64,000 nucleotides of DNA from an uncultured Actinomycetota bacterium (GCA_963802485.1 CAWDJA010000030.1:30801-94800), one strand, 5' to 3'. Counted from the first letter of the stretch, positions 11,231 through 22,733 are shown. Numbers and translations: made by a program. The notes: a model not told the origin generated them from the sequence alone.

Positions 11231-11944
11231 TCAGCGCATCTTGCCGCGCTGCGGCCGCGCCTTCATCGGGTCGATGCCCTTGGGGATCGGCAGCGAGGTC
11301 TGGAGCGAGTTGAGCCGATTCGACACCGCGAGCACCTCGGGCTTGGTGAGCGTGCGCTTCGTCTTGCGGAGCGTCGCCGGGAGGCGGTGGAGCTCGATCG
11401 AGCCCTCGTCGTGGCCGACCGAGATCAGCGTGACGGGCACGTTCGGCAGGATGCGGGCGACCTTGCGCTGCTCGTCGTCGAGCATGCGCTTCGTGCGCGT
11501 GACGGGGCCCTCGCTGATGAGCGCGACACCGCCTCGACCGACGGCACGGTAGACCGCGTCCTGCGTCTTGCCGTTCACGGCGACCGGCATCTCGTTGCCG
11601 ACCCAGCCGCCGCGCAGGCCGCTGCGGAGCACGGCGCCGACCGCGCCGGGCTGGCCCTCGATCTGGGCGTAGGCGGCGCGCTCGGCGCGTCGCCCGAGGA
11701 TGAGCAGCGCGATCAGCACGCCGGCGAGCACGCCGGCGACGACCCACAGCGCGATCGTGAAGCCGTTGCCCTCGCCGAGCCAGAGCGCGAGGCCGAGGCC
11801 GACGAGCACGGGGGCGAGGAATCCGAGGAGCATGAGCCACTGCGCGCTCGAATCGTAGCGGCGGGTCATCTGGAAGACCTGCCACATCTGCTTCATGCGG
11901 CCGGGCTCCTTCGGAGCGGACGCCTTGTCCTTCGTGCGTGCCAT
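11231..11944 (-). CDS. DUF4191 family membrane protein
   Basis: Two TM helices, RRAERAAY.QIEGQPGA and PIPKGIDP motifs. Usual position between lipA and RDD. Confidence 0.88.
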   Translation of the reverse strand: MARTKDKASAPKEPGRMKQMWQVFQMTRRYDSSAQWLMLLGFLAPVLVGLGLALWLGEGNGFTIALWVVAGVLAGVLIALLILGRRAERAAYAQIEGQPGAVGAVLRSGLRGGWVGNEMPVAVNGKTQDAVYRAVGRGGVALISEGPVTRTKRMLDDEQRKVARILPNVPVTLISVGHDEGSIELHRLPATLRKTKRTLTKPEVLAVSNRLNSLQTSLPIPKGIDPMKARPQRGKMR

Positions 11945-12017
11945 GGTCACAAGGATACCGGCGGCGGGGGCCGCCTCCGACCGTGTTCTCGATGGGCGGA
12001 GGCGGCATCCGGATGCG

Positions 12018-13008
12018 TCAGCCCACCGCCTGCGCGAACCCGAGCGAGGTGTCGGCGAGATGCGACAGCGATGCGGGCAGGTCACGCGCCCTTCGCGTGC
12101 ATCGACTGCGCCCACAGGCGACCGGCACGGTACGACGAGCGCACCAGCGGACCTGCGAGCACGCCGAGGAACCCGATCTCCTCGGCCTCCTCCTTCAGCT
12201 CGACGAACTCCTCGGGCCGCACCCAGCGATCGACGGGCAGGTGGCGCGGACTCGGGCGCAGGTACTGCGTGATGGTGATGATGTCGGTGCCGGCGTCGTG
12301 CAGGTCGCGCAGGGCCTGCGAGACCTCTTCGCGCTCCTCGCCCATGCCGAGGATGAGGTTCGACTTGGTGATCAGGCCCGCGTCGCGGCCCTGGGTGATC
12401 ACGTCGAGCGAGCGCTCGTAGCGGAACGCCGGTCGGATGCGCTTGAAGATGCGCGGCACCGTCTCGACGTTGTGCGCGAACACCTCGGGCTGCGCCGAGA
12501 ACACCTCACCGAGGTGGTCGGGGTTGCCCGAGAAGTCGGGCACGAGGATCTCCACGCCGGTTCCGGGGGACTGGCGGTGGATCTCGCGGATCGTCTCCGC
12601 GTAGAGCCACGCGCCCTCGTCGGGCAGGTCGTCGCGGGCGACGCCCGTGACGGTCGAGTAGCGCAGCTGCATCCGCACGACCGACTCGGCGACGCGGCGC
12701 GGCTCGTCGACGTCGTAGTCGGCGGGCTTGCCGGTGTCGATCTGGCAGAAGTCGCAGCGGCGGGTGCACTGCGAGCCGCCGATGAGGAACGTCGCCTCCC
12801 GGTCCTCCCAGCACTCGTAGATGTTCGGGCAGCCGGCCTCCTGGCACACGGTGTGCAGCTCCTCGCTCTTCACGAGCTGCTGCAGCTGCCGGTACTCGGG
12901 TCCCATCTTCGCCCGGGTCTTGATCCACTCGGGCTTGCGCTCGATCGGCGTCTGGGCGTTGCGGACCTCGAGGCGCAGCATCCGGCGCCCCTCGGGTGCG
13001 GCGCTCAT
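12018..13008 (-). CDS. lipA: Lipoyl synthase; probable frameshift near 12087
   Basis: [20 protein letters not shown] and VRSSYRA motifs. A natural-looking C-terminus continues in the shifted frame to the stop at 12018. Confidence 0.95.
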
Positions 13009-13646
13009 GCGGCGACCGCCGCCTCGGCCTCGGCCAGGAACCGCCGCGTGATCGGCGCGACCAGGTCCTCGGGGGTGACGTCGTGGCCGAGCTCGCGGGT
13101 GATGGTCGTGACGCCGGCATCGCGGATGCCGCACGCGACGATCTTCGCGTAGGGCTCGAGCGAGTTGCTGCAGTTGAGCGCGAAGCCGTGCATCGTGACG
13201 CCGTCGGCGACGCGGATGCCGATGGCCGCGATCTTGTTCTCGCGGCCGGGCTCGCCGACCCACACGCCCGAGCGTCCGTCGACCCGGCGTCCGTCGACGC
13301 CGAGCTCGGCGAGGACGTCGATGAGGATGCCCTCGAGCCGGCGCACGTAGCCGACCACGTCGATCGGCTCGGCGAGGTGGAGGATCGGGTAGCCGACGAG
13401 CTGACCCGGGCCGTGCCACGTGATCTTGCCGCCGCGGTCGACGTCGACGACGGGGGTTCCGTCGGTGGGCCGTTCGTCGGGCGCGGTGCGCTTTCCGGCG
13501 GTGTAGACGGAGGGGTGTTCCAGGAGGATGACGGTGTCGGGGCGTTCGCCCGCGACGACCGCGCGATGGACGGCGCGCTGAAGGTCGAGACCCTCGATGT
13601 ACGGCACGGAGTTGGCGCTTAGCCCCGCGACGACGAAGTCGAGCAT
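13005..13646 (-). CDS. lipB: Lipoyl(octanoyl) transferase
   Basis: [36 protein letters not shown] and HGFALN motifs. TAGACT -10 suggests a leaderless start. Confidence 0.95.
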   Translation of the reverse strand: MLDFVVAGLSANSVPYIEGLDLQRAVHRAVVAGERPDTVILLEHPSVYTAGKRTAPDERPTDGTPVVDVDRGGKITWHGPGQLVGYPILHLAEPIDVVGYVRRLEGILIDVLAELGVDGRRVDGRSGVWVGEPGRENKIAAIGIRVADGVTMHGFALNCSNSLEPYAKIVACGIRDAGVTTITRELGHDVTPEDLVAPITRRFLAEAEAAVAA

Positions 13647-13795
13647 GGCGTCCAGTCTAGGTGCGTCGTCGGATGCCGCGGCACGCCGTCGTGCAGCTCC
13701 TGCGACCCGTCCTCCACACCCTCCGCCGTCGTGCGCGAGGTCGACCCCGGCGCGGACCGAGCGCCGAGCCCGGGTCGCTGCTGAAGCATGACGGT

Positions 13796-15379
13796 ATGAG
13801 CCGCCGTCCACGCCGTGACCACGCCGCGTCGTCCGAGCCCGGCACCGCCGCGCTGCCGCGATCGCTCGAGGGCAGGCTGGTCGGCTATCGGCTGCTGCGG
13901 CGGATCGCCTCAGGGGAGCGGGCCGATGTGTACCTCGCCGTGGCCGACGACCACGAGCCCAAGGCGCCGCCCAGTACCCGTGAAGTCGTGGGCGGCGACG
14001 GTGGGGCTGTCGACGGCACGGGCTCCGCGCCTCGTGGTGCTCCGTGTCTACGATTCCGACGTTCCGGGGGAGACCATCACCACCGAGGTCGAGGCGATGT
14101 CGGCGGATGCCTCGGGCACGCTGCCTGATCTCCTCGACCTCGCGACGCTCGACGACGGCCGATGCTGCCTGGTGGTCGAGCGCCTCGGCGGTCCCGCGCT
14201 CTCGCGGATCCTCGCCGAGCGCACGCTGAGTCCCGGTGAGGCGGTCACCGTCCTCGCGCCCATCGTGGTCGCCGTCGCGGAGCTGGCACGCAACGGGTTC
14301 GTGCACGCGCGACTCGCCGCGAGCGACGTGCTGCTCGACGACGCAGGGCGTCCGCGACTCGTCGGGCTGGGCGCACTGCGACGGTTGCCGGCCGACGGCA
14401 CGGAGCGGGTGGCCCTGTTGCGGAGCGGCCACGCCGCCCTCGCCGGGCTCATGGAGGAGGTCGTCGCCGCGGTCGCGCCCGCCGGCGCGCTCTCCGCACC
14501 GCTCGCGTTCCTCCGCGAGCGCATGGACGCACGACCGTTCGAGCCGTGCGAAGCAGAGGTCGAGCGACGATTGTTCGCGGCGGCTGCTCCCGAGCCGGTG
14601 AGCGGTCTCCGAGGCACGGGTTCGGCAGCAGCAACTGCCCGCGCGGGTCACCGTCCCGCTGGCGGACGATGCGGGCCTCACCGACGCGCCGGCCTCGCAC
14701 GACCCGCGAGGAGCGGCGATCGGTGCCGGATTCCGCCGGATGCTCGCGTTGGCCCAGGGACCCGACGATCTCATCGATCGAGTGGCGGCCGCGGCCGACG
14801 TGGATCACGCCGATCGCGGGCGCGGGCGGCTGCTCGCGATCCTGCGAGGTCGTGGCCGCTCGCTGGCATTCGGCGGACTGGTCGGCGGTGGGATGCTCGT
14901 CGTGCTGCTCACCCTCGTGCCGCCCGCGACCGCCGACGGCCGATCGCCCGCCGTCGCGCCCGCCGAACCCACGGCGGCGACGCCGCCGCCGTCCGCCGGA
15001 GCGGAGGCGGGGACTGCCTCCGGATCCGGCGTCGGCGAGGGGGATCAGTCCGCCTCGACCGACGACGACCCCGTCACGGCGGCCCGCCGGCTGCTCGAAC
15101 GTCGCGCGGAGTGCTTCGAGACGCTCGATCTCGCCTGCCTCGAGTCGGTCGTCCAGCCGGGGTCGGCGATCGAGGCATCCGATCGGCTGGCGTTGTCCGC
15201 TGCTCGCGAGGGGGCGCCGACGGACGGCGACCCGGTTCGATCCGGCGACGGTCGAGGTGACCGCGGAGATGGGCGCGGCCGTGCTGGTGAGCGCCGCGAC
15301 CGAGCCCGGACGCGAACCGGCCTCGCTCCTCATGGTGAGGGGCGAGGCCGGATGGCGCTTGCGCGAGGTGTTCGACTAG
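13796..15379 (+). CDS. Membrane-anchored degenerate Ser/Thr protein kinase-like protein; about 3 frameshifts (14025, 14630, 15225)
   Basis: [62 protein letters not shown] segment and a C-terminal domain end in GWRLREVFD. Confidence 0.7.
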
Positions 15380-17005
15380 ATTCCGAGCTCGGACTCGAAG
15401 TCGCCCTCCTCGAGGCGCTCCTTGACCGCCGTGAGGAAGCGCGCCGCGTCGGCGCCGTCGATGATGCGGTGGTCGTACGAGAGCGCCAGGTAGACCATCG
15501 AGCGGATCGCGATCGCGTCGTCGCCGTCCTGCTTCACCACGACCGGACGCTTCACGACGATGCCCGTGCCGAGGATCGCCGACTGCGGGAGGAACACCAC
15601 CGGCGTGTCGAACAGGGCGCCGCGCGAACCGGTGTTCGTCAGGGTGAACGTGCCGCCCGAGAGCTCGTCGGGCTTCAGCTGGTTGTTGCGCGTGCGCTCG
15701 GCGAGGTCGGCGATCTGCGCGGCGAGCCCGGCGATGTCGAGCTCGCCTGCGTCCCGGATGACCGGGGTCAGGAGGCCACGCTCGGTGTCGACGGCGATGC
15801 TCATGTTCTCGGTCGCCGGGTAGACGATGCTGTCGCCGTCGACCGTCGAGTTGACGATCGGGTAGGCACGGAGGGCTTCCGCGGCCGCGAGGGCGAAGAA
15901 CGGCAGGAACGACAGCTTGTTGCCGGTCTTCTCGAGGAAGGCGCCCTTCGCGCGGTCGCGAAGGCGCGCGATGCGGGTGACATCGACCTCGACGACGGTG
16001 GTCAGCTGGGCGGTCGACGTCATGGACACGACGGCGCGCTCGGCGACGACCTTGCGGAGGCGGGTCATCGGGACCGTGGTGCCGCGCAGCGGCGAGGTCT
16101 CGAGCGGCGTGCGGGTCGGAGCAGCGGCCGCCGCGGGAGCGGCGGGTGCCACCTGTGCGGAGATGACGTCCTGCTTGCGGATCCGTCCGCCGACACCGGT
16201 GCCGGTGACGTTCGCGAGGTCGACGCCCTGCTCGTTCGCGAGCTTGCGGACGATCGGGGTCACGTAGCCGCTGGTGCCGGCGTGCGCGCCCGACGGAGCC
16301 GCTGCGGGCGCCGCCTCGGCCGCAGGTGCGGGAGCCGCCGCAGGCGGCCGGAGCGGCCGCAGGTGCGGGAGCCGCCGCGGGGGCGGGAGCCGCGGCAGGG
16401 GCAGCAGGCGCCGCCTCGGGTGCCGGTGCGGCGGGCGCAGCCTCGGGTGCCGGTGCCGGCGCGGCGCGGCCTCGGGTGCCGGTGCCGCCGGAGCAGCCTC
16501 GGGTGCGGGCGCGGCGGGCGCGGCCTCGGGTGCCGGTGCGGCCGCGGGCAGCCGGTGCGGGCGGCGGGTGCAGCCTCGGGTGCCGGTGCGGCGGCGCAGC
16601 CTCGGGTGCCGGAGCGGCGGGCGCAGCCTCAGGTGCCGGTGCGGCCTCAGGTGCCGGCGCGGCCTCAGCCGCAGGGGCCGGCGCTGCGGGCGCAGCCTCA
16701 GGAGCCGGTGCAGCCTCAGCTGCAGGGGCCGCCTCGGCGGGCGCGGCCGGCTCTGCGGCAGCGCCGGAACCGTCGCCGATGGTCACGAGGGCCGTGCCGA
16801 CCTCGACGGTCTCGTCCTCCTGGACGAGGATGGCCTCGATCACTCCGGCCACCGGCGATGGGATCTCGGTGTCGACCTTGTCGGTCGACACTTCGAGCAG
16901 CGGCTCGTCGACCTCCACACGGTCGCCGACATTCTTCAGCCAGCGGGTGACCGTGCCCTCCGTGACACTCTCCCCGAGTGCCGGGAGGCTGACGGATTCG
17001 CTCAT
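15376..17005 (-). CDS. sucB: 2-oxo-acid dehydrogenase E2 (dihydrolipoamide acyltransferase); frameshifts in the Ala/Pro linker
   Basis: Lipoyl domain [15 protein letters not shown]3-binding TP.VRKLA...GTGVGGRI, catalytic [10 protein letters not shown]. Confidence 0.93.
16290..16770 (-). repeat. Coding tandem repeat (~18-27 bp units, PEAAPAAPA) in the sucB linker
   Basis: Many copies of GCAGCCTCGGGTGCCGGTGCGG-like units. Confidence 0.85.
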
Positions 17006-17071
17006 GCGCTTGTCTCCTTCACAGCGTGTGACGCTTTCTAGCTTATTGCAGTCGTGTTTCCAGGGTCCGGC

Positions 17072-18445
17072 TCAGAGCGCGTGGAGCGGCTTGCCGGCGA
17101 GCTTCAGGAATGCCTCGCCGAGCGCCTCGTTCTGCGTCGGGTGGGCGTGGATGAAGGGGGCGATGTCCTCGGGGTACGCCTCCCAGTTCACCGCGAGCTG
17201 CGCCTCGCCGATCAGCTCGCCGACGCGGGCGCCGATCATGTGCACGCCGACCACCGGGCCGTCGTTCACGCGAACCACCTTGATGGAGCCGCTCGTCTCG
17301 AGGATGTGGCTCTTGCCGTTGCCGGCGAGGTTGTACTCGTAGGCCGAGACCTGGTCGGCGCCGAACTTCTCGCCCGCCTTCGCCTCGGTGTAGCCGATGG
17401 ACGCGACCTCGGGATCGCAGTACGTGACCTTGGGGATGTTGACGTCCTCGACCACGATCGGGTTGAGGCCGGCGATCTCCTCGGCGACGAAGATGCCCTG
17501 CTGGAAGCCGCGGTGCGCGAGCTGGAGGCCGGGAACGATGTCGCCCACGGCGTAGACGCCGGGGATGTTGGTGGCGAGGCGCTCGTTCGTGATGACGAAG
17601 CCGCGGTCCATCGTGACGCCGACCTCGTCGTAGCCGAGGCCCTGGGTGACGGGTCCGCGGCCGACGGCCACCAGCAGCAGCTCGGCCTCGACGGTCTCGC
17701 CGTTCTCGAGCGTGACCACGACGCCGTTGTCGTCCTGCGTGACGCCCTGGAAGCGCGTGCCGAGCTTGTACTCGATGCCGCGCTTGCGGAAGGCGCGCTC
17801 GAGCTGCTTCGAGACCGACTCCTCCTCGTTGGGCACGAGGTGGGGGAGCGCCTCGATGATCGTGACGTCGGCGCCGAAGGACTTCCAGACGCTCGCGAAC
17901 TCCACGCCGATGACGCCGCCGCCGAGCACGGCGACCTTGCCGGGCACGAAGTCGAGCTCGAGCGCCTGCTCGCTCGTGATGACCCGACCGCCGATCTCGA
18001 GGCCGGGCAGCGACCGCGAGTAGGAGCCGGTGGCGAGGATGATGTTCTTGCCGACGATGCGGTCGTCGCCGACCTGCACGGCGTTCGGCGCGACGAGGCG
18101 GCCCTCGCCCTCGATGACCGTGATGCCGCGGGCCTTCACGAGGCCCTGCAGGCCCTTGAACTTGCTCGAGACGATGCTCTCGCGGTAGGTCGTGACGGCG
18201 GCGACGTCGATGCCCTCGAACGTGGAGCGGACGCCGAACCTCGCCGACTCACGGGTGTGGTCCGCGATCTCGGCCGCGTGGAGCAGGGCCTTGGTCGGGA
18301 TGCACCCGCGGTGCAGACACGTGCCACCCAGCTTGTCCTTCTCGACCAGGCCGACGGTGAAGCCCAGCTCGACGGCACGCAGCGCCGCCGCGTACCCTCC
18401 GCTGCCGCCACCGAGGATGACAATGTCAAAGTTCTGCTCGGACAA
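17072..18445 (-). CDS. lpdA: Dihydrolipoamide dehydrogenase
   Basis: GGGSGGY, GGTCLHRGCIPTK, GGGVIGVEFA and HAHPTQNE motifs. TTG start after a GGGAG RBS. Confidence 0.97.
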   Translation of the reverse strand: MSEQNFDIVILGGGSGGYAAALRAVELGFTVGLVEKDKLGGTCLHRGCIPTKALLHAAEIADHTRESARFGVRSTFEGIDVAAVTTYRESIVSSKFKGLQGLVKARGITVIEGEGRLVAPNAVQVGDDRIVGKNIILATGSYSRSLPGLEIGGRVITSEQALELDFVPGKVAVLGGGVIGVEFASVWKSFGADVTIIEALPHLVPNEEESVSKQLERAFRKRGIEYKLGTRFQGVTQDDNGVVVTLENGETVEAELLLVAVGRGPVTQGLGYDEVGVTMDRGFVITNERLATNIPGVYAVGDIVPGLQLAHRGFQQGIFVAEEIAGLNPIVVEDVNIPKVTYCDPEVASIGYTEAKAGEKFGADQVSAYEYNLAGNGKSHILETSGSIKVVRVNDGPVVGVHMIGARVGELIGEAQLAVNWEAYPEDIAPFIHAHPTQNEALGEAFLKLAGKPLHAL

Positions 18446-18544
18446 CCGCAATCTCCCTTGCGCAATTGATCTGCGACACGGACTGCCGCCGGTTCGTAGT
18501 CGGGGGCAGGCTGTATGGGCGACGTTCTCGCCCATACGACCTTA

Positions 18545-20012
18545 CTACCCTGCGGAGAGCTGCTCGCCCAGCCGCACGAGGGTGCGAACGGCCATTCCCG
18601 TGCCGCCCGAACCGGTGAATCCCCAGCCCCCGCCGGTGTTGAACGCGGGGCCGGCGATGTCCAGGTGCGCCCACGGGATCCGGTCCTCCGAGTCGGCCTT
18701 CGAGCCCACGAACTCGCGCAGGAACACCCCCGCCAGGAGCATGCCCGGCACGGTCATGCCGAGCTTCGTGTTCGCCAGGTCGGCGACATCCGACTTCAGC
18801 AGTGCCTTCAGGTCGCGGGGGAGCGGCATCGGCCAGACGGCCTCATCGACGTCGCCCGCGGCGGTGCGCACGCGGTCGACCAGCTCGTCGTCGCCCATCA
18901 GCCCCGCGATGCGGTGTCCGAGTGCGACGACCTGCGCGCCGGTCAGCGTCGCGACGTCGACGATCGCGTCGGGGTGCTCGTCACTCGCGGCGGCGAGTGC
19001 ATCGGCCATCACGAGACGCCCCTCCGCGTCGGTGTTGAGCACCTCGACCGTGGTGCCGCCGTGGATCCGCAGCACGTCGTTCGGGCGGATCGCGGTGCCG
19101 GACGGCATGTTCTCGGCGAGGCACAGCCAGCCGGTGACCCGCACGGGCACGGCGAGCTCTGCCAGCGCGACGATCGCCGACAGCACCGCCGCCGCTCCGG
19201 CCATGTCGCTCTTCATGCCGACCATCGAGGCGCCGGGCTTCAGCGAGAGTCCGCCCGAGTCGAACGTGATGCCCTTGCCCACGAGCGCGAGGTGCACGGA
19301 TGCCCCGGGCGGCGCGTACTCGAGCCGCACGAGCCTCGGCCCACGGCTCGAGCCGCGACCGACCCCGAGGATCCCGCCGAACCCGTCGGCCTCGAGCGCC
19401 GCCTCGTCCCAGACCCGGGACGCGACGCCCGCGGCATCCGCCGCCTCGACCGCGAGCTCGGCGAACCGCTCGGGGGAGAGATCGGCCGGGGGCGTGTTCA
19501 CGAGGTCCTTGGTGCGGGCGACGCCGACGACGACCGAGCGCACGCGCTCGAGGCGCGCGTCGTCGAGGTCGCGCGTGCAGCGTGATCCGCCGCACGGGCT
19601 CCTTCGCCTCGGCACGGTACGCGGAGAACGCGTAGGCGCCGAGCGCGGCGCCCTCGAGGAGGGCCTCCGCGGCGTCCGCGTCGTCGACGGGCACCGCGAT
19701 GGCGAGTGAGTCCGTTCCGGCGAGCTGTCGCACGGCTCCGCCGGCGGCGAGGCGGAGGCCCGCGGCATCCGCTCGGTCGCCGAGCCCGACGACGGCGACC
19801 ACCTGCGGGCCGTCGCCCTGCGCGGGAATGCGCGTGAACTCGTCCGCCGCGCCCTTCGCGCCGAGGCGTGAGAGCAGCGGCGCGACCCATCCGTAGCCGT
19901 CGGGCGCGAGGAGGACGGGGCCGTCGTCACCGGGGCGGGCGGCGAGCAGCACGACGTCGGCGTCGGAGCCGGTCACGGGGTCGGAGGAGCGGGACAGTTC
20001 GGGCACGGTCAT
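18545..20012 (-). CDS. pepA: Leucyl aminopeptidase (M17); frameshift near 19575
   Basis: LVGKGITFDSGG, MKSDMAGAA, NTDAEGRL, ATLTGA and WAHLDIAG motifs. Confidence 0.93.
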
Positions 20013-20100
20013 GGTGCCGATGGTACGTGTTCGCTCTCGGCATCATCCGCGCGGGGCGGGATCCGGGGGGCGGCTCCGACCGCGTCAGTAGGCTGGACAC

Positions 20101-21027
20101 ATGCGCGATCCCCGCTCCCTCTACGAGCTCAACCCCGACGTGCAGGTGCCGCCCGGGCTGCCGCTCATCGCGGGGCTGACGGGGTTCGCCGATGCCGGCT
20201 CCGCGGTCGCCCAGACGACGGAGTACCTGCTGTCCACGCTCGACACCACGGTCGTCGCGACCTTCGACGCCGACGAGCTGCTCGACTACCGCGCCCGGCG
20301 GCCGATCATCCTGTTCCAGGGCGATCACCTCGCCGACTACCGGCCGCCCCGCCTCAGCCTGGACCTCGCTCGGGACGAGATCGGCCAGCAGTTCCTGATG
20401 CTGACCGGCTACGAGCCCGACTTCCAGTGGGAGCGGTTCGGTGCGGCCGTGCTCGGGCTCATCGACGCGCTGGAAGTGTCGTCGACCACGTGGATCAACT
20501 CGATCCCCATGCCGGTGCCGCACACGCGTCCGATCGGCATGACGGTGAGCGGCAATCGCGCCGACCTCATCGAGGCCATGTCGATCTGGCGCCCGACGAC
20601 GCAGGTGCCGTCGAACGCGCTGCACCTCGTCGAGTACCGCCTTCAGGAGCAGGGGCATCCGACGACCGGGTTCGTGCTCCTGATCCCGCACTACCTGTCC
20701 GACGCCGAGTACCCGACCGCTGCGGTCGCCGCGCTCGAGGCGATCAGCGCGTCGACCGGGCGGATCTTCCCGACCGATGCGCTCCGCGAGCAGGGCCGCG
20801 AATTCGTCGCCCGCATCGACGAGCAGGTCGCCGAGAACGGCGAGCTCGCGAAGCTCGTGGGCACCCTCGAGGAGCGGCACGACTCGTACATGGAGGGCAC
20901 GACCCTCCGGTCGCCGCTCACCGACGAAGACGGTGAGCTGCCCTCGGCCGACGAGATCGCAGCCGAGCTCGAGAAGTTCCTGGCCTACCGGCGCACACGC
21001 GACGACGACGGCCCGCTCGGCGGCTGA
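20101..21027 (+). CDS. PAC2 family (proteasome assembly chaperone-like) protein
   Basis: GFADAG, LLDYRARRP, GYEPDFQWE, MPVPHTRP and PHYL motifs. TAGGCT -10 suggests a leaderless start. Confidence 0.9.
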   Translation: MRDPRSLYELNPDVQVPPGLPLIAGLTGFADAGSAVAQTTEYLLSTLDTTVVATFDADELLDYRARRPIILFQGDHLADYRPPRLSLDLARDEIGQQFLMLTGYEPDFQWERFGAAVLGLIDALEVSSTTWINSIPMPVPHTRPIGMTVSGNRADLIEAMSIWRPTTQVPSNALHLVEYRLQEQGHPTTGFVLLIPHYLSDAEYPTAAVAALEAISASTGRIFPTDALREQGREFVARIDEQVAENGELAKLVGTLEERHDSYMEGTTLRSPLTDEDGELPSADEIAAELEKFLAYRRTRDDDGPLGG

Positions 21028-21045
21028 TCGCCCGTCCGCTCCCGG

Positions 21046-21072
21046 GGAATGCGCCGGGGGCCCTCCGTGTTG
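21046..21072 (+). promoter_or_regulatory. ECF sigma (SigR/SigH-type) promoter upstream of sigA
   Basis: GGAAT-N18-GTT (21046-21071). Confidence 0.6.
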
Positions 21073-21135
21073 CATGAACGGGGAAGAACGACGATGAATG
21101 CGCGGGTGGCGCGGACGTTCGCGGGCCTGCGTGCC

Positions 21136-21143
21136 TGTATAAT
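21136..21143 (+). promoter_or_regulatory. Housekeeping -10 element of sigA
   Basis: TGTATAAT about 160 nt upstream of the start codon. Confidence 0.7.
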
Positions 21144-21300
21144 GAAGGCAGGACCCGTTCTGGTCTGCTGGCGCGACACGCTCGCGCCGTTCACGCGGAC
21201 TTGACATGGGTCCTCATAGTGTCCGAAAACGACCGGGCCGAGAGCACGAGCCGACGCCTGCGAGGGCACGTGCCGCGCAACGGTAGGAGAGGTTCAACGA

Positions 21301-22726
21301 ATGGCAACGACGAAGGCTGCGACGTCGGCGAAGAGCGAGGCGGAGAAGCCCGCTGCGACGCGCGCGACGGCCGCGAAGTCGACCGCCGCCACGACGGCCG
21401 CGAAGGCCACCGCCACGGGGTCCGCGGCGAAGACGACGAAGGCCGCCGCCACCAAGGCGAGCGGCACGAAGGCCGCATCGAAGGCCGCGGCGACGCCGGC
21501 GACCAAGACGCCGCGCACCAGCACCGCGAAGTCGGCGGCGAAGCCGCGCGGCAAGGCGAAGGCGACCGCGGGTGACGACGAGGACGAGGTCGATCCCGCG
21601 GAGCTCGAAGAGGTCGAGGTCGACGCCGAGGTCGAGACGGAGGCCGGCGACGAGGCCGCCGCCGCGGTGACCACGGAAGACGCGGCATCCGACACCGACG
21701 ACGACGAGGCGAAGCCCGTCGCGGTCGAGCCGCACCCCACCGGTGCCCTCGTGCTGCGCGCCGTCGACGACGAGGACGAGGTCCCGGTCTACTCGAGCGC
21801 CATCACCGGTGCGACGGCCGACCCGGTCAAGGACTACCTGAAGCAGATCGGCAAGGTCGCGCTCCTGAACGCGGCCGAAGAGGTCGAGCTCGCGATGCGC
21901 ATCGAGGCGGGCCTGTTCGCCGAGGAGAAGCTGTCGCACATGAGCGACGCCGAGAAGCGCTCCCAGCTCGGTCGGGAGCTGCAGTGGGTCGCGAAGGACG
22001 GACAGCGTGCGAAGAGCCACCTGCTCGGTGCGAACCTGCGCCTCGTGGTGTCGCTCGCCAAGCGCTACACCGGGCCGCGGCATGCAGTTCCTCGACCTGA
22101 TCCAGGAGGGCAACCTGGGCCTGATCCGTGCGGTCGAGAAGTTCGACTACACCAAGGGCTTCAAGTTCTCGACCTACGCCACGTGGTGGATCCGCCAGGC
22201 GATCACCCGTGCGATGGCCGACCAGGCGCGCACCATCCGCATCCCGGTGCACATGGTCGAGGTCATCAACAAGCTCGCCCGCGTGCAGCGCCAGATGCTG
22301 CAGGACCTGGGCCGCGAGCCCACGCCCGAAGAGCTGAGCCGCGAGCTCGACATGACCCCCGAGAAGGTCATCGAGGTGCAGAAGTACGGGCGCGAGCCCA
22401 TCTCGCTGCACACGCCGCTCGGTGAGGACGGCGACAGCGAGTTCGGCGACCTCATCGAGGACACCGAGGCGGTCGTGCCGGCGGATGCGGTGGGCTTCAC
22501 GATGCTGCAGAAGCAGCTCGAGTCGCTCCTCGACTCCCTGAGCGAGCGCGAGGCGGGCGTCATCCGCATGCGCTTCGGCCTCGGCGACGGCATGCCGAAG
22601 ACCCTCGACCAGATCGGCGACACCTTCGGCGTGACCCGCGAGCGGATCCGCCAGATCGAGTCGAAGACGATGGCGAAGCTGCGCCACCCGTCGCGCTCGC
22701 AGTCGCTCCGCGACTACCTCGAGTAG
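21301..22726 (+). CDS. sigA: Primary RNA polymerase sigma factor; frameshift near 22072
   Basis: Ala/Lys-rich N-term, [48 protein letters not shown] and [10 protein letters not shown] motifs. Confidence 0.96.
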
Positions 22727-22733
22727 GCCGCAG

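Noticed and set aside
16290-16770. Repeat array as a possible CRISPR
   Set aside because: No unique spacers and no cas genes. It is the coding Ala/Pro linker of SucB.
21201-21206. Perfect TTGACA as a -35 element
   Set aside because: No TANNNT at 16-19 bp spacing, and it lies downstream of the TATAAT promoter within the leader.
21301-22726. sigA and other split genes as pseudogenes or programmed frameshifts
   Set aside because: Essential genes are affected, no slippery sites are evident, and indels are spread across the whole window. Sequencing error is far more likely.
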